A program made the translations under genes and the position numbers. Below are positions 50,769 through 62,234 of a DNA stretch of 64,000 nucleotides, piece after piece. Source of the DNA: Squalus acanthias. Taxonomy: Eukaryota. Every line of letters starts with the position of its first letter. The stretch's first letter is position 1. A model generated the notes under the pieces. The model saw only the letters and a list, made by a program, of their open reading frames with translations, was not told where the DNA came from and searched no databases. The stretch is from positions 372,001 to 436,000 of the forward strand of contig CM059433.1 in NCBI GenBank assembly GCA_030390025.1, in the 5' to 3' direction.

Positions 50769-51444
50769 GCTTCTGGTATATGCCTCAGTTCAGGAAGCGC
50801 TCAGTCAAGGTGACGAGAGGGGTTTCCCAGGAGGTCACACTGGAGATGGGTGTCGGGCTCTAAACTTCCACAACAATGAGTAGGCCTGCTAAAAGTTCCC
50901 CCAGAACTGAGACAACAAAGTTCTGCCACCTGCAAATGATGATTGGTGAAAACTCCTTTTTTAATGGTGGAGCTGCAGCTGTTAGTAAGCAGTCTACTTG
51001 TGAGGCCGCCAGGATTCACTGGCATGTTCCAGAGGAGACGTGCAGGACGTGGGAAAAATGGTAAAATCAGAAAGGCCTCTCAAAATGGGATTAAAGAGGC
51101 ACTTAACTGGTTGTTAAGGGCCTATCCCGCCTCTTGGGAAAATTGCTTGGAGGCAGGATGGAGGTGGGATCGGGACCGCCTGCCATTTTTTGCGATTTTA
51201 CCACCTCACACGCCTCCAATCCCGCCTCCTCGGGTCTGGCAAAATCGAGCCCATAAGATTCTGAAGGAGCTTGACAGGGTAGATACAGAGAGGATGTTTC
51301 CCCTCATGGGGGAATCTGGAACTAGGGGGCATAATTTCAGAATAATGGGGCACATAGAAACATAGAAGATAGGAGCAGGAGTAGGCCATTTGGCCCCTCG
51401 AGCCTGCACCGCCATTCGATGAGATCATGGCTGATCATCAAAAC

Positions 51445-54250
51445 TCAGTACCCTGTACCTGCCTTCTCCCCATATCCTTTGATACCTTTAGCTTTAAGAA
51501 ATATATCTAACTCATTCTTGAATATATTTAATGACTTGGCCTCAACTACCTTCTGTGGTAGAGAATTCCACAGGTTCACCACTCTCTGGGTGAAGAAATT
51601 CTTCCTCATTTCTGTCCTAAATGGCTTACCCCTTATCCTTAGACTGTGACCCCTGGTTCTGAACTCTCCGACCATCGGGAACATTCTTCCTGCATCTAGT
51701 TTGTCCAGACCTGTCAGAATTTTATATGTTTCGATGAGATCCCCTCTCATTCTTCTATACTCCAGCGAGTATAAGCCCAATCGATCCAATCTGTCCTCAT
51801 ATGTCATTCCTGCCATCCCAGGTATCAGCCTTGTGAATCTTTGCTGAACTCCTACCATGGCAAGAACATCCTTCCTCAGATAAGGCGACCAAAACTGCAC
51901 ACAGTACTCAAGGTGTGGTCTCACCAAGGCCCTGTACAACTGCAGCAGGACATCCCTGTTCCTATACTCAAACCCTTTCGCTATGAAGGCCAACATACCA
52001 TTTGCCTTCTTCACCACCTGCTGCACCTGCATGCTTACCTTCAGCGACTGGTGCACAAGGACACCCAGGTCTCGTTGCACTTCCCCTTCTCCCAATCTAT
52101 TGCCATTCAGATAATAGTCTGCCTTTCTGTTTTTGACACCAAAGTGGATAACCTTGCATTTATCCATGTTATATTGCATCTGCCACGCTTCTGCCCACTC
52201 ACCCAACCTGTCCAAATCATCCTGGAGTTTCTCGGTATCCTCCTCGCAGCACACACTCCCACCCAGCTTTGTGTCATCTGCAAACTTGGAGATATTACAT
52301 TTAGTTCCCTTATCTAGATCATTAATGTATATTGTGAATAGCTGGGGTCCAAGGACCGATCCCTGCGGTACCCCACTAGTCACTGCTTGCCACTTGGAAA
52401 AAGACCCATTAATTCCTACTCTCTGCTTTCTGTCCGCCAACCAGTTCTCTATCCAAGTCAATACCTTGCCCCCAATCCCATGTGCCTTAACTTTACACGC
52501 TAATCTCTTATGCGGGATCTTATCGAAAGCCTTTTGAAAGTCCAAATACACCACATCTACTGGTTCTCCCTTATCTATTTTCCCAGTTACATCCTCAAAA
52601 AATTCCAGTAGATTAGTCAAGCACGATTTACCTTTTCTAAATCCATGTTGACTTTGTCTGATACTGTCACTGTTTTTCAAGTGCTCAGCTATTACATCCT
52701 TTATAATGGACTCCAGCATTTTCCCCACTACCGATGTCAGGCTTACCGGTCTGTAATTCCCCGCTTTCTCTCTACCACCCTTTTTGAATAGTGGGGTAAC
52801 ATTAGCTACCCTCCAATCCATGGGTTCAGTTCCAGATTCCATCGAATGTTGTAAGATGATCAGCAATGCATCTACTATTTCTAGGGCCACTTCCTTAAGT
52901 ACCCTAGGATGTAGATTATCAGGCCCTGGGGATTTATCGGCCTTCAATCCCGTCAATTTCCCTAACACCATTTCCCTGCAAATACTGATTTCTTTCAGTT
53001 CCTCCCTTTCATCATACTGTATGTTCTCCAACATCTCTGGGAGGTTATTTGTGTCCTCCTTTGTGAAGACAGACCAAAATATGCATTTAATTGGTGTGCC
53101 ATTTCTTTGTTCCCCATTATAACTTCCCCCGCTTCTGACTGCAAGGGACCTACACTTGATTTCACTAATCTTTTTCTCTTCACATATCTATAAAAGCTCT
53201 TAGTCAGTTTTTATGTTCCCAGCAAGCTTACTTTCATATACTATTTTCCTCTTCTTAATTAATCCCTTTGTCCTCCTTTGTTGAATCCTAAACTGCTCCC
53301 AATCCTCAGGGTTACCGCTTTTTCTGGCCAATTTATATGCCCTCTCCTTGGATCTTATGCGATCCTTAATTTCCCTTGTTAGCCACGGTTGAGTCACCCT
53401 TTTTTTTTTATTCTTATGCCACACTGGGATGAACAAATTCTGTAGTTCATCCATGCAGTCTTTGAATGTTTGCCATTGCCTATCCACCGTCAACCCCTTG
53501 AGTGACATTCCCCAATCAATCCTACCCAATTCGTGCCTCATACCATCGTAGTTTCCTTTATTTAAATTCAGGACCCTAGTCTCTGATTCAACTGCTTCAC
53601 TCTCCATCCTAATGAAGAATTCTATCATATTATGATCACTCTGACCCAAGGGGCCTCGTACAACAAGATTGCTAATTAATCCTTTCTCGTTACATAATAC
53701 CCAGTCTAAGATGGCCTGATCTCTGGTTGGTTCCTCGACATATTGTTCCAGAAAACCATCCCGTAAACATTCTAGGAATTCCTCCTCCACAGTATTTTTA
53801 CTAATTTGGTTAGCCCAATCTATATGTAAATTAAAGTCACCCATGATGACTGCTGTGCCCTTACTGCATGCTTCTCTAATTTCCCTTTTAATGCCGTCCC
53901 CAATCTCCATATTACTGTTTGGAGGTCTATATACCACTCCCACTAACGTTTTCTGCCCCTTGTTATTTCTCAGTTCTACCCATACAGATTCCGCATCATC
54001 AGAGCTAATATCCTTCCTTTCAATTGTGTTAATCCCCTCTTTAACCAGCAATGCTACCCCACCTCCCTTTCTTTTTTGCCTATCTTTCCTAAATATTGAA
54101 TACCCCTGGATGTTGCGTTCCCAGCCTTGGCCACCCTGGAACCATGTTTCTGTAATCCCAATCAAATCGTATTCATTTACCTCTATTTACGCAGCTAATT
54201 CATCCACCTTGTTCCGAATGCTCCTTGCATTAAGACACAAAGCCTTCAGG
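51445..54250 (-). pseudogene. CR1 ORF2: apurinic-like endonuclease + reverse transcriptase (few disruptions)
   Basis: GITETW, VYRPPN, GDFN, SDHN; QHGFRKGKSCLTNL, DFQKAFD, GVPQGSVLGP, FADD. Confidence 0.93.
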
Positions 54251-54425
54251 CTTGTTTTTTTAATGCTCTCAGACTTATATGAATTATTATTTACTGTGAC
54301 CATGTTTGATTTAAACTGTTGAGTTCTTTGCCTTCTACTTTTGTTTTTCTCCTTCCTGTCTTTAGCTTTTATCCTTGTTTCCCTTTCCTCTGTCTCCCTG
54401 CTCAGGTTCCCAACCCCCTGCCACT

Positions 54426-55376
54426 TTAGTTTAAACCCTCCCCAACAGCACTAGCAAACACTCCCACTAGGACATCGGTCCCGGCCCTGCACAGGTGCAG
54501 ACCGTCCCGTTTGTACTGGTCCCACCTCCCCCAGAACCGGTTCCAACGTCCAAGGAATTTGAATCCCTCCCCCTTGCACCATTCCTCTAGCCACGTATTC
54601 ATTTGAAATATCCTCCTATTTCTACTCTGACTAGCACGTGGCACTGGTAGCAATCCTGAGATTACTACCTTTGAGGTCCTCTTTTTTAATTTACCTCCTA
54701 ACTCCCTATATTCTGCTTTTAGGACCTCATCCCGTTTTTTACCTATATCGTTGATGCCTATGTGCACCACGACAACTGGCTGTTCGCCCTCCCCCTCCAA
54801 AATGTTCTGTAGCCGCTCAGAGACGTCCTTGACCCTTGCACCAGGGAGGCAACACACCATCCTGGAGTCTCGTTTGCGGCTGCAGAAACGTCTATCTATT
54901 CCCCTTACAATTGAATCCCTATCACTATAGCTCTTCCACACTTTTTCCTCCCAGCCTGTGCAGCAGAGCCACCCATGGTGCCAGGAAGTTGGCTGCTGCT
55001 GCCTTCCCCTGATAAGTCATCCCCCCCCAACAGCATCCAAAGTGGTATATCTGTTTGAGAGGGGGATGGCCACAGGGGACCCCTGCACTACCTGCCTGCA
55101 CCTCTTACTCTGCCTGGTGGTCACCCATTCACTTCCTGCCTGTACACCCTTTACCTGCGGTGTGACCAACTCGCTAAACGTGTTATCCACGACGTTCTCA
55201 GTATCGCGAATGCTCCAATATGCATCCATCCGCAGCTCCAGCGCTGCAATGCGGTCCGTCAATAGCTGCAGCTGGATATATTTCCCACACACATGGTCGT
55301 CAGGGACACAGGAAGCGTCCCTGATTTCCCACATTTCGCAGGAGGAGCATATCACGGGGCGGAGCTCTCCTGCCAA
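54426..55376 (-). pseudogene. CR1 ORF1: zinc-finger/leucine-zipper N-terminus + SGNH-esterase-like domain (frameshifted)
   Basis: CSSCEMW..HVCGK, heptad repeats; DSIVR, PGA, HIGINDI, DGLHL. Confidence 0.85.
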
Positions 55377-55631
55377 GACTTACCCTTTAATTAATTAAAG
55401 TTAAATTAATTGAATCCCACCAATTTCACTTCAATTAAATGATATACTCAAGGGTCCTTGCTTAACAGCAGTCCCCGCTACACCGCAGAGACTCTAGAAA
55501 CTATAAACCACAGAATTTAAGTATGGGAAAAAGGAGAAAGAGAAATACTCACCAACCAATCGCTTACCTGCTTTCTGGTGATGTCACACTTCGATTACTT
55601 TTTACTTCTTTACACTCACCGGTCCGTTGTA

Positions 55632-55898
55632 GCTCACCGTTGAAAATCTCCCGAGGTTTGGCGCTCTCCAGCCGCTCTCGCTCACCTTTGAAATCTCCCG
55701 AGGTTTGGCGCTCTCCAGCCGCTCTCGCTCACCTTTGAAATCTCCCGAGGTTTGGCGCTCTCCAGCCGCTCTCGCTCACCTTTGGAATCTCCCGAGGTTT
55801 GGCGCTCTCCAGCCGCTCTCGCTCACCTTTTGAAATTTCCCGAGGTTTGGCGCTCTCCAGCCGCTCTCGCTCACCTTTGAAATCTCCCGAGGTTTGGC
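55632..55898. repeat. 47-bp tandem repeat (~5.7 units) at the CR1 5' end
   Basis: Unit TTGAAATCTCCCGAGGTTTGGCGCTCTCCAGCCGCTCTCGCTCACCT; CCGAGG recurs at 55651, 55698, 55745, 55792, 55840, 55887. Confidence 0.95.
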
Positions 55899-56559
55899 AC
55901 CCATTTAAATCGGAAATAAGGAGGAATTTCTTCTCTCAAAGGGTCGTGAATCTTTGGAATTCTCTTCCCCAGAGAGCTGTGGAGGCTGGGTCATTGAATA
56001 TATTTAAGGTGGAGATGGACAGATTTTTGAAAGGTAAGGGAATCAAGGGTTATGGGAATTGGGCAGGGAAGTGGAGTTGAGGCCAAGATCAGATCAGCCA
56101 TGGTCTTATTGAATGGCGGAGCAGGCTCGAGGGGCCAAATGAACTACTACTGCTCCTACGTCTTATTTTCTTATGTAAGTGCCCTGATACCACTTCCTTA
56201 ACAATTGATTCCAGCAGTTTCCCAACGACTGATGTCAGGCTAACTGGCCTGTAGTTCCCTGTGTTCTCTCTCCTTCCTTTCTTGAATAGCGGTGTTACAT
56301 TTGCGACCTTCCAATCCGCTGGGACAGTTCTAGAATCTAGGGAATTTTGGAAGATCAAAATCAATGCATCCACTATCGCTTCAGCCACCTCTTTTAGAAC
56401 CCTAGGATGTAGGCCGTCAGCTTTTAGTCCCATTAGTTTCTCTAGTACTTTTTCTCTACTTATATTAATTACGTTAAGTTCCTCACCCTCATTAGACCCT
56501 TGGTTCCCCACCATTTTTGGTATGCTTTTTGTGTCTTCTACTGTGAAGACAGATACAAA

Positions 56560-57649
56560 GGGTGCAATTTTCCCATTGGAGGCGAGTTTCAGTTTGGATG
56601 GGTTCCAAACCCACCTCCACTGCCGGGTGGGAAAAACTTGCGATTTTCCCCTAATTGGCCAGTTAATTTCAGACATGTGGGTTCCCCTGGGCCAATTAGT
56701 CTTTTGGGACTGAAACTCGCCTCTGCTGACGTCACTTATCCAGCTTCATTTAAGGGCTGCTTGCTGCCGTGGCTCATTCCACTGGTTTTTGGTCGATGGT
56801 GCACCACCTCCAAACTGTTATCTCCTTGAAGAATGGCCAGCTCCAAGGCAAGGGCCTCCCCGGGGTTCTCGGATGAGGCGCTGGGTATGCTGGTTGAGGG
56901 GACGAGAGCTTGCAGGGAGGTGCTCTTCCCCTCATCTGGGAGGAAGAGGCCTCCCAAAGAAACCAAGGCTGTGTGGGTCCAGTTGGTAATGGATATAACC
57001 TCCAGATCTGTGTGCAGATTGGGTGATTGTTTCTGTTTATTGATGAAATGCCATCCCTGTGTGAATGTATCAAAATTAGGTGGTGGCAAACTTGGCATGA
57101 TGGCATCTGTTATTTCGGCTTGGGCAGCTCCACATTGCGGGCTCCGCGACACTTGCGTGGTTAGTTTGGTGGTCAGAGTGAAAGGAGGTCAGAGAGTCAT
57201 GTTCATTGTCTATCATGTATTAAGAAGGAGCCAAGCACATGTGCCACAATGGGCAACCTAAAAGTGCTGAAAGACCTGTGGAGCAAAAGATTTGCCACCT
57301 GCAACTGCTCCCTGATGAAAGCTCCGTTTTAATGGTGGCGCTGCAGCTGTGAGGAGGCCACCCACTTGTCAATCCGCCAGGATTAGCGGGCGTGGTTTAG
57401 GAGGGTTGTTGAAAATGCACAAAATGTGGCAAAATAACAAAGGCCTGTTAAAATAGGATTATAGAGGCCCTTAACGACTATTTAAGGGTCTTAATTACCT
57501 CTCCCGACTGATGGAGGCGGGACCGAATCGCACCCATCAAACCCGCCTCCGGCAAAATTGCATGGAGGCGGGTTCCAAACCCGTCCTCACATTTTGCGAT
57601 TTTTGCCAACCTCCAAATCCACCTCCTCGGGGCTGGGAAAATTGCCCCC
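56560..57649 (+). mobile_element. 1.09 kb Harbinger-type deletion derivative with partial Myb exon 1
   Basis: TIR GGGTGCAATTTTCCCA/TGGGAAAATTGCCCCC; AAA TSD; MASSKARASPGFSDEAL..VLFPSSGRKRPP..W at 56833. Confidence 0.88.
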
Positions 57650-60277
57650 AAAGTATTTGTTTAACATTTCTGCCATTTCCTTATTCCCCATAATAATTTC
57701 TCCTGTCTCAGCCTCTAAGGGACCAACGTTTACTTTTGCTACTCTCTTCCTTTTTACATACTTGTAGATGCTCTTACAATCTGCTTCTTTATTTCTTGCT
57801 AGTTTTCTCTGATTCTATTTTTTCCCTTTTTGGTCATCCTTTGCTGGTTTCTGAAACTCTCCCAATCCTCAGGCTTACTACTATTCTTCGCAACATTATA
57901 AGCTTCTTCATTCAATCTATTGCTATCCTTAACTTCTTTAGTTAGCCATGGTTGGATCACTTTTGACCGTGGAGTTTTTGTTTCTCAATGGAATATATTT
58001 TTGTTGAGAATTATGAAATATTTCTTTAAATGCTAGCCACTGCTTATCTACCACCATACCTTTTAATCTATTTTTCCAATCTACCATAGCCAACTCGCCC
58101 CTCATACCTATGTAATTGGCTTTATTTAAGTTTAAGACTAGTTTCGGACTTAGGCAAGTCACTCTCAAACGTAACGTGAAATTCTATCGTATTATGATCA
58201 CTGTGATCCTTTACTATGAGATTACTAATTAACCCTGTCTCATTACACAATACAAGATCTAAAATAGCCTGTTCCCTGGTTGGTTCCATGACGTATTGTT
58301 CTAGGAAACTGTCCCAAATGCAGTCCATGAACTCGTCCTCCAGACTACCTTTGCCAATTTGATTTGTCCAGTCTATATGAAGATTAAAGTCCCCCACGAT
58401 TATTGCAATATCTTTGTTACAAGCTCCTACTATTCCTTGATTAATATTCTGTCCAACGGTATAGCTACTGTTAGGGTGCCTATATACTACTCCCAACAGT
58501 GTTTTCTGTCCCTTGTTATTCCTTATCTCCACCCATACTGATTCTACTTCCTGATCTTCCGAGCCGTGATCCTTTCTCTCTACCGTCCTTATGTCATCCT
58601 TTATTATCAGGGCAACCCCACCCCCTCCTTTTCCATTCTGCCTGTCTTTTTGAAATGTCAAGTACCCTGGAACATTTAGTTCCCAACCTTGGTCACCTTG
58701 CAACTATGTCTCTGTAATGGCTATTAGATCAAACCCATTTATCTCTATTTGTGCCACTAGTTCATCTATCTTGTTATGAATACTTCATGCATTCAGATAA
58801 AGAGCCTTTAATTTAAATGTTTTACCATTATTCCCTACTTTGACCACCTTCTCTGCTGCACTGCTACCGTTAAACTCTCTGTCCCTTCCTGTCACTCTGC
58901 TTGGTTTTACCCAAATCGCTACACTGCTCTATTGCCTTGACTTTTTTCTTCAGATTTCTAAATTTCCCCTCACCTGACCCCTCCCCCCCTTTTTTTCATT
59001 TAAAGCTCTATCTACAGCCCTAGTTATTCAATTCGCGAGGACGCTGGTCCCAGCCCGGTTTAGGTGGAGCCCATCCCGACTGAACAGCTCCCTCTTTTCC
59101 CAGTACTGGTGCCAGTGCCCCATGAATCGAAAGCCCTTCTTCCCACACTACTCTTTGAGCATTTAACTCTCTGATCTGCTTGATCCTATGCCAATTTGTG
59201 CATGGCTCAGGTAGTAATCCAGAGATTATTACCCTTTCTTGTACTGGAGAAGAACTTGGAGTGGGAGGGGGAGGATCCAGTTGTCGTGGTCTATGTAGGA
59301 ACCTTTGAGGTTCTGCTTATTAATTTAGACCCTAGCTCCTCAAACTCCCTCAGCAGAACCTCATTCTTCTTTCAACCTATGTCGTTGGTTCCTACATGGA
59401 CCACGACAACTGGATCCTCCCACTCCATCTCCAAGTTCTTCTCCAGCCGTGAGGAGATATCCTTAACCCTGGCACTGGGCAGGCAACACAGCCTTCGGGA
59501 CTCTCTTTCGCAGCTGCAGAGAACAGTGTCTATCCCCCTGACTACTGTCCCCTACTACTACCACATTCCTTCCTTCTCCCCCCCACTTGGATGGCCCCCT
59601 GTACCACAGTGCTGTGGTCAGTTTGCCCATCCTCCCTGCAGTCCTTTTTCTCATCCATACAGGTAGCAAGTACCTCGTACCTGTTGGACAATGTTCCAGG
59701 GCTGAGGCTCCTCCACCACTACATCCTGGGTCCCCATACCTTCATGATTTCGCAGTCACACCCGCCTGTCCCTGACCACTGACGAACTCTAAAGTACTAT
59801 TTAACCTAAAAGGTGTGACTGCCTCCTGCAACAAAGTGTCCAGGTAACTCTCCCCCTCCCTGATGCATCGCAATGTCTGCAGCTCGTACTCCAGCTCAAC
59901 AATTCTGAGCCGAAGTTCCTCGAGTTGCAGACACTTACTGCAGATGTGGTTGCTCGGGATCGCGATGCTCTCCACAAACTCCCAAATGCTGCAGTTACGA
60001 CACAACACCTGCTCTGCCATCTCTAACCTTGTTTGTTTTATTTATTAATCAATTAGTTAAAGCTTTTATTCAATCGATATTTTAGTTTTATTGTTTATTT
60101 TATCTAGTTTAAGTTATTAATAAGTACTAGCAAGTTACAGTTTCTCAGCTCTTAATTTAACCTCCTTCCCTAACTTAGAGAGCAAAAAAAAGCAGTAATA
60201 CTCACCAACCAATCACCTACCTGCTCTTTGACGTCACTCTGATTTTTTTTTTTAAATCGGTGCCTCGCGCTGTCACT

Positions 60278-60514
60278 GCTTTAATTCAGGTCCGATCTCG
60301 GGCCGCTCTTTATCCTCTCGCTGCTGCTTTAATTCAGCTCTGCTCTCGGGCCGCTCTTTATCCTCTCGCCTGCTGCTTTAATTCAGCTCCGCTCTCGGGC
60401 CGCTATTTATCCTCTTGCCACTGCCGCTGCTTTAATTCATCTCCGATCTCAGGCTGCTCTTTATCCTCCCGCCGCTTTAATTCAGCCCCGCTCTCGGGCT
60501 GCTCTTTGTCCTCT
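60278..60514. repeat. ~50-bp degenerate tandem repeat (~5 units) at the 5' end of the split CR1
   Basis: Recurrent GCTTTAATTCAGCTCCGCTCTCGGGCCGCTCTTTATCCTCTCG; resumes at 62243. Confidence 0.85.
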
Positions 60515-62234
60515 AATAGTAAGATTGGGCAGAGTCAACATGGATTTATGAAAGGGAAATCCTGTTTGACAAACCTATTGGAGTTCTTTTGAGGATGTAA
60601 CTAGTGGAGTAGACAAAGGGGAACCGGTAAATGTGGTGTATCTGGATTTTCAGAAGGCCTTCGATAAGGTCATAGAAACATAGAAACATAGAAACATAGA
60701 AACATAGAATCTAGGAGCAGGAGTAGGCCATTCGGCCCGTCGAGCCTGCTCCGCCATTCAATACGATCATGGCTGATCATCCAAATCCAGTACCCTGTCC
60801 CTGCTTTAATCCCCACAGTACACATAACCCACCCTACCCCCGTAACCCCACGTATTTAATTCCCCCTAACATATCCCATCCTATCCCCATAACCCCACAT
60901 ATTTAATCCCCCCAAACACTAAGGGTCAATTTATCATAGCCAAATCAACCTAACCCACACATTTTTGGACTGTGGGAGGAAACCGGAGCACCCGGAGGAA
61001 ACCCACGCAGACACGGGGAGAATGTGCAAACTCCACACAGACAGTCACCCGAGGTCAGATTTGAACTCTTGTCCCACACAAGAGGTTAGTGAACAAAATT
61101 AGGGCACATGGAATTGGGGGTAATATACTAGCATGGATTGAGAAATGGTTAACAGACAGAAAACAAAGAGTAGGGATAAACGTGTCTTTTTCAGGATGGC
61201 AAGCTGTGACTAGTGGGGTACCGCAAGGATCGGTGCTTGGGCCCCAGCTATTCACAATCTATATCACATGATTTGGATGAGGGGACTAAATGTAACATTT
61301 CCAAATTTGCTGATGATACAAAGCTAGGTGGCAGTGTCAGTTGCGAAGAGGATGTGAAGAGACTTCAAGGGGATCTCGACAGGCTCAGTGAGTGGGCGAG
61401 AACATGGCAAATGGATTATAATGTGGATAAATGTGAAGTTATTCACTTTGGTAGAAAAAACAGAAAGGCAGAGTATTTCCTAAATGGTGAAAGATTGGGG
61501 AATGCAGATGCTCAAAGGGACCTGGGTATCCTTGTACATGAGTCACTGAAAGTGAATGTGCAGGTGCAGCAAGCCATTAGGAAGGCAAATGGTATGCTGG
61601 CCTTCATCACAAGAGGATTTGAGTACAGGAGTAAAGAAGTCTTACTCCAATTATATAGGGCCTTGGTGAGACCACACCTGGAGTACTGTGTACAATTTTG
61701 GCCTCCTTACCTAAGGAAGGATATACTTGCCATAGAGGGAGTGCAATGAAGGTTCACAAGATTGATTCCTGGGATGGCGGGACTGTCGTATGAGAAGAGA
61801 TTGAGTAAACTAGGCCTGTATTCTCTTGAATTCAGAAGAATGAGAGGGGATCTCATTGAAGCATACAAAATTATTACAGGGCTTGATAGGGTGGATGCTG
61901 GGAGAATGTTTCCCTTGGCTGGGGAGTCTAGAACCAGGGGCCACAGCCCCAAGATAAAGGGTAGGCCATTCAGGACTGAGATGAGAAGAAATTTCTTCAC
62001 ACAGAGGGTGGTGAATCTTTGGAATTCTCTACCCCAGAGGGCTGTGAAGGCTCAGTCATTGGGTATATTCAAAACAGAAGTCGATAGATTTCTGACTGGT
62101 AAGGGCATCAAGGGATATGGCGATAGGGCCGGTGAATGGAGTTGAGGCAGAAGATCAGCCATGCTCTCATTGAATGGCGGAGCAGGCTCGAAGGGCCGAA
62201 TGGCCTACTCCTGCTCCTATTTCTTATGTTCTTA
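60515..62234 (+). mobile_element. 5'-truncated CR1 inserted into the 5' tandem repeat of another CR1
   Basis: RT motifs through the 3' tail; TSD TGTCCTCT at 60507-60514 and 62235-62242. Confidence 0.88.
60671..61066 (-). mobile_element. HE1-like V-SINE nested in CR1
   Basis: Near-identical reverse complement of 2310-2683; tail of 4-5 CATAGAAA units; splits GATAAGGT|CCCACACAAG. Confidence 0.88.

Larger units (their letters stand above)
48058..51252 (+). mobile_element. 3.19 kb Harbinger-type element without transposase, copy B
   Basis: Same perfect 16-bp TIR; ATA TSD; colinear with copy A. Confidence 0.92.
51354..55895 (-). mobile_element. Near-full-length young CR1 (candidate partner LINE of the HE1-like SINE)
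   Basis: 5' tandem repeat, ORF1, ORF2, 3' stem-loop and (TTCTATGT)n tail; candidate GGCAC TSD. Confidence 0.93.
46715..56175 (+). mobile_element. 5'-truncated CR1 (46715-48057, 51253-51353, 55896-56175) nested in the minus-strand CR1
   Basis: RT motifs in ORFs 46892-47876; rejoins across insertions (GAAACAT|ATA|AGATTCTG and GGGGCAC|CCATTTAA); 3' tail at ~56170. Confidence 0.85.

Noticed and set aside
51841..53122. Plus-strand ORFs overlapping the CR1
   Set aside because: Antisense shadows of the RT reading frame
55632..55898. Regular repeat array as a CRISPR
   Set aside because: Head-to-tail units with no unique spacers, no cas genes, vertebrate context
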